A DNA stretch of 63,985 nucleotides, the filler included, from Olpidium bornovanus S191 (taxonomy: Eukaryota; Fungi; Olpidiomycota): the NCBI GenBank assembly GCA_017911155.1. It is 31 parts of 31 records of this genome, joined end to end, with 100 filler letters (N's around TTAATTAATTAA, not from the genome) between each part and the next. Parts side by side here need not be neighbours in the genome. Positions count along the whole stretch, not along the records: positions 59,087 to 60,785 come from JAEFCI010004576.1; positions 60,886 to 62,653 come from JAEFCI010002827.1; positions 62,754 to 63,985 come from JAEFCI010009745.1; 28 more parts are not named here. One strand, given 5' to 3'. This document shows, one piece after another, positions 60,567 through 63,985 of this stretch (its first letter is position 1; every line of letters begins with the position of its first letter). The notes beneath the pieces are model-generated. The model searched no databases and had not been told where the DNA came from. It was given only the letters and a program-made list of their open reading frames with translations. Position numbers and translations under genes: made by a program.

Positions 60567-62169
60567 GTATGCACTGAGTTTGTTTTCCTTTCTCTCTCCT
60601 CTGGTTCCCACCGCCGGACTGGGGAATCTACGCTCGGTTATTTATTTTATTTTCTTTCTTTTTTCTTGCACCTACTCCCGTGACTCGGGGTCTGCGGCTG
60701 CCGTGATGTGCATTAACATATCGTTTCTATTTTGCGCCATTCCATTTTTGTTAGGCGTACCCAGCGAGTCGGTACAGATTCATGGNNNNNNNNNNNNNNN
60801 NNNNNNNNNNNNNNNNNNNNNNNNNNNNNTTAATTAATTAANNNNNNNNNNNNNNNNNNNNNNNNNNNNNNNNNNNNNNNNNNNNAAGGTTGCGCCCAAG
60901 GGCGCGGAACCGTACCGTTGCTCCTCCCAGCCGCCACGGCGCGTAATTTGGAATTCCGAAACTCGGCCAATTCTGCAGGGACTGGAGCCCGTTGCGGAGC
61001 ACCATGTGGAGGCGTTTGAAAAGCTCCCCTTTTTTGGGGGAACAAAAAATGTCTAAATAGATGAGCGGGGAGACAGACGGGGTGTTTTGTCCCTGACGTC
61101 AATGAAAGGTGCCTCGGGATTATTTGGGGCAATGAAGAGAGAAGAGAGTGCCTATCGGCAGAGTCCTTTGGTACCAAAAGCGTGAGTGGTCTGAGGCCAG
61201 CTGGAAGCGAGCTGGCCTGCTTACAAATATAGGCGTAGGCAGAATTTGCGAGATTCGCGAATTTGGAGGGGGGGGGGCTCGCAGATTCGCGCGATTCCGC
61301 GGGCGACGCCTTCCGCAAGCGCGCGCGCGCGCGCGCGCGCTTCAACTTCACGGGCACTGCTCGTATGAGCAGCCGTACAAGAAGCCGCCATCGTGGAGAG
61401 AGAAACGGTAGGCAAAGAACGACCTATAAAGTGCGCTTTCCCCTCTGTATTTATCCGGGCTTTGGACCGGTCCCAGCTCGAAGGCACGGGAGCTGCATTA
61501 CAAAGAGCTGTTGTGTTAGCATGGTGTCAAACAAGTACAAAAAGCAAGAGCCGCCAAACGGCGACCCATCCCGGAACCGCGACCTTGACGCAATGCCGCC
61601 ACTGGCTAACAGAGTTCCAGGAGCGGCACTCCGGTAGGGCAGGCTAGGCGTTGATCAGAAAGTGCAAAGGATCGGTTGCTTAAACCTCCTGCTAGATCCT
61701 AGCTGAATTACCAGGTTGGAGCTGGCGGGCGCAGTGCTCTGTCTTCCCCCTGAACCGCCTGCTTGTTTCCGGCTGCGTTTCAACGCACCGTTTCTCCTCC
61801 CCGCGCGGCCGCACAATTCTTTTCGAAAAATCGGTCCAAGGCGGGGTCCGTCAAAACCCACGGGGCCGCAGGACAAAGCGGTAAAACCGTTCGCACGTGC
61901 TGCCGCTTTTTTTAATATATATATATATATATATATATTCTTTCGGCCGGCGGGACGCGTCGCGAGATCCGCACATTTTTGGATTCGCGACGGCCGCCGG
62001 CGCACTTTTGCTGGTTTTTTTTATTCTGTTTTATTACTTTCTTTCTTTTTTCGTTTTTTCTTTTCTTTTCTCTTCAGACTCTTTTTTTTTCTTGACGGTC
62101 GCCAGCGTACGTTTTCTTTCTTTTTCTTTTCTTGATGGCCGACGACATGCGTTTTTCCCCGATTGAAAT

Positions 62170-62208
62170 CCCCGCCAAAAAGTCACCCCGCCAAAATTCC
62201 CGTCAAAA
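62170..62208. promoter_or_regulatory. Three tandem CCCG(C/T)CAAAA motifs (E2F-site-like, TTTGGCGGG on the minus strand)
   Basis: cccgccaaaa twice and cccgtcaaaa once, at about 15-16 bp spacing. Confidence 0.4.
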
Positions 62209-62324
62209 TAATCTTTTCAATCTGAATTTGGCGTGATTCGGCGTGCAGGAGGCTGCAGAAACCAGCGGCAGGATTTTGCAGTAGAAATTTTGGAGAAAAT
62301 TTCTTCTGTTTTTGCCGCAAAGTT

Positions 62325-62420
62325 TACGGCAGGATCGCGGCAGGAATCGCGGCAGGGATCGCGGCAGGAATCGCGGCAGGAATTGGCCGCAGAGTTCACG
62401 GCAGGAATCGCGCGCGGGAT
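62325..62420. repeat. 12-bp minisatellite (GCGGCAGGAATC)n
   Basis: Several near-perfect tandem copies with degenerate flanking copies. Confidence 0.85.
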
Positions 62421-62550
62421 TTGCGCTTAGAGCGCGCCGCGGAATTCGGCGCAGGATTTTTTGCGTCGGCCGCAGGTTTTGCGGCAAGGAGTTTCCACAG
62501 GATTTTGCAGCTGGACGAGGGCGGGTTCCCCGTCACGATTGGCGGCCGTC

Positions 62551-62598
<48 letters not shown>

Positions 62599-63049
62599 GT
62601 TCGCGCCACTGGAGTTTTTTAAAAAAAAAAAAAAAAAACACACACCACAGGAGNNNNNNNNNNNNNNNNNNNNNNNNNNNNNNNNNNNNNNNNNNNNTTA
62701 ATTAATTAANNNNNNNNNNNNNNNNNNNNNNNNNNNNNNNNNNNNNNNNNNNNCAAAGTGCCGCCGGTCTGCGCGTCTTTCCTTGCGTTGGATTCGGATT
62801 GGTGGTGGTGGTGGGAGGGGGGGGGAAGGGGGGAGGAGGGGGAACGTCTTGCGTTTCATTTCTTTCCGCCGTGCGCCCTTTTAGTCTTGTCGACGTTAAC
62901 CTACTGTGTTTAGCGGATCCCACCACCTTTTAACGGAGCCCACTTTGAGGCGATAATCGCCTCAAGTCGAGCTTCGAAACAGTTTTCTGCTTCTGACAAA
63001 CGTGGTCAGCTTGTCAACGCGGCCGCTCCTCGTGACCTTGGGGATTGGT

Positions 63050-63285
63050 TCGTGGCAAATACTTTCGGAAATTGAGACGTTTGACGGGGGCCCACCATCG
63101 CTTGGACTGTTCCTTTGCAAACTTGATGCTTACTTTACTCTCGCCTCGATCTCTGCCCCATTCCAACCTCATCTTGCTGCCAACAAGCTGCTCAAGACAC
63201 CGGAGGCGCTCTGGTATGCGCACCTTGATGCAGGCGGCGACCCGTCGTGGGCAGGGATGAAAAATCTCCTCCGCTTCCAGTTTTC
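63050..63285 (+). pseudogene. Isolated retrotransposon gag capsid-like fragment
   Basis: IETFDGGPPSLGLFLCKLDAYF...AANKLLKTPEALWYAHL...PSWAGMKNLLRFQF fits the Ty3-type gag pattern F.G...W...E.YF...A...L...A..W...W..LK..L...F. Confidence 0.65.
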
Positions 63286-63985
63286 TTTTTGTATTTCAGA
63301 TTCTTCCCGATTCTTCCCACCGTACAGTACAAAAAAACCCCCCACTGTTCTACTGCTTTGCTTTTGTGTGTGTGTGTGTGTGTAGGGGGGGGGGGGGGGG
63401 GGGGGGGGGTGGGGGGGGAAGTGGTGGGGGGGCGGCGCGTCTTGTTTTCGTTTCCGTTTTTTTTTTTTTTTTTTTTTTTTTCTTTTCCCCCAAGGGGACA
63501 AAAAGAGAAGGAAAAAAAATCGTGTGCAAGATAAATTAGGTGTGGGCAGAGTGGGAGAGATGGGGCGGGGGAAGGAAGGAAGGAAGGGGGAAGGAAGGAA
63601 GGGAGAGGACCGAGGCGAAAACAAGAAAACAAAACAAAAAAAAAAGAAATAATAAAAGTCAAGGAAAAAGAACCCCCCCGGGGGGACGGACGGGGCGTGC
63701 CTGGAGGAGAGACGGACGAGGCGTTGCGCCTTGGCCTCGCGGTCACGGCCAAAATTCCGGTCCGGTGATCTGCGTGGAGTCGAGCCGGCGCGCCGCTCCC
63801 TCCGCGACACCCACCCCTCTTTCCCCGGTCCCCTTTCTCCTCCTCCCGCTTCATATCGGCGCCCGCCTGCGTCCCCGTTTGATCGAACGATTTTGGCTGC
63901 TGTCCACGGCCGCCGCCTCTCTTCCTCCTCGTTCCCTTCCGCGGCACGCTAGCCAACCCCCCCCCCCCCCCCCCCCCGGCGGGCC

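Noticed and set aside
61170-61185. TGGTACCAAAAGC as a conventional tRNA primer-binding site
   Set aside because: No adjacent TG...CA LTR end and no downstream gag.
4901-62753. Regularly repeated 12-mer separated by unique sequence (superficially CRISPR-like)
   Set aside because: It is an assembly linker flanked by Ns; the intervening pieces are kilobase contigs and there are no cas genes.
4392-62926. ORFs ending or starting with X-runs and 'LIN' or 'N'
   Set aside because: They read through the artificial N/TTAATTAATTAA spacers.

Overview
This window is not contiguous DNA. It is a concatenation of 31 short contigs (about 1-5.5 kb) joined by 30 identical 100-bp spacers (44 N + TTAATTAATTAA + 44 N), so adjacency across a spacer carries no biological meaning. 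The sequence is eukaryotic, with GT-AG introns of roughly 70-220 nt, very GC-rich first exons, and long homopolymer and (AG)n tracts. Gene content points to an early-diverging fungus (Rom2-like GEF, Bni4/Phactr-like PP1 binder, CstF-50 retained, MATA-type HMG box); the style resembles fragmented assemblies such as Olpidium, which is an inference only. Contigs 1-2 are a nest of decayed LTR retrotransposons: three Copia-type starts with very short LTRs and Ty5-like half-tRNAiMet primer sites, plus a Gypsy pol. The remaining contigs carry complete or partial genes: RPC9/C17, an M23 peptidase head-to-head with a Pol iota-like polymerase, a probable tandem-LOTUS protein, a secreted 3D-domain protein, an atypical GH9 with a probable GPI anchor, a TMEM185-like protein, RPL27, a UDP-galactose transporter, a DPB4-like histone-fold protein with 57-aa repeats, CSTF1, EME1, an HMG-box factor, a CRAL-TRIO protein, a ROM1/2-like GEF and an orphan gag fragment. 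Most ORF-track entries are shadow or low-complexity artefacts. All homology calls come from motif recognition by eye; no searches were run.
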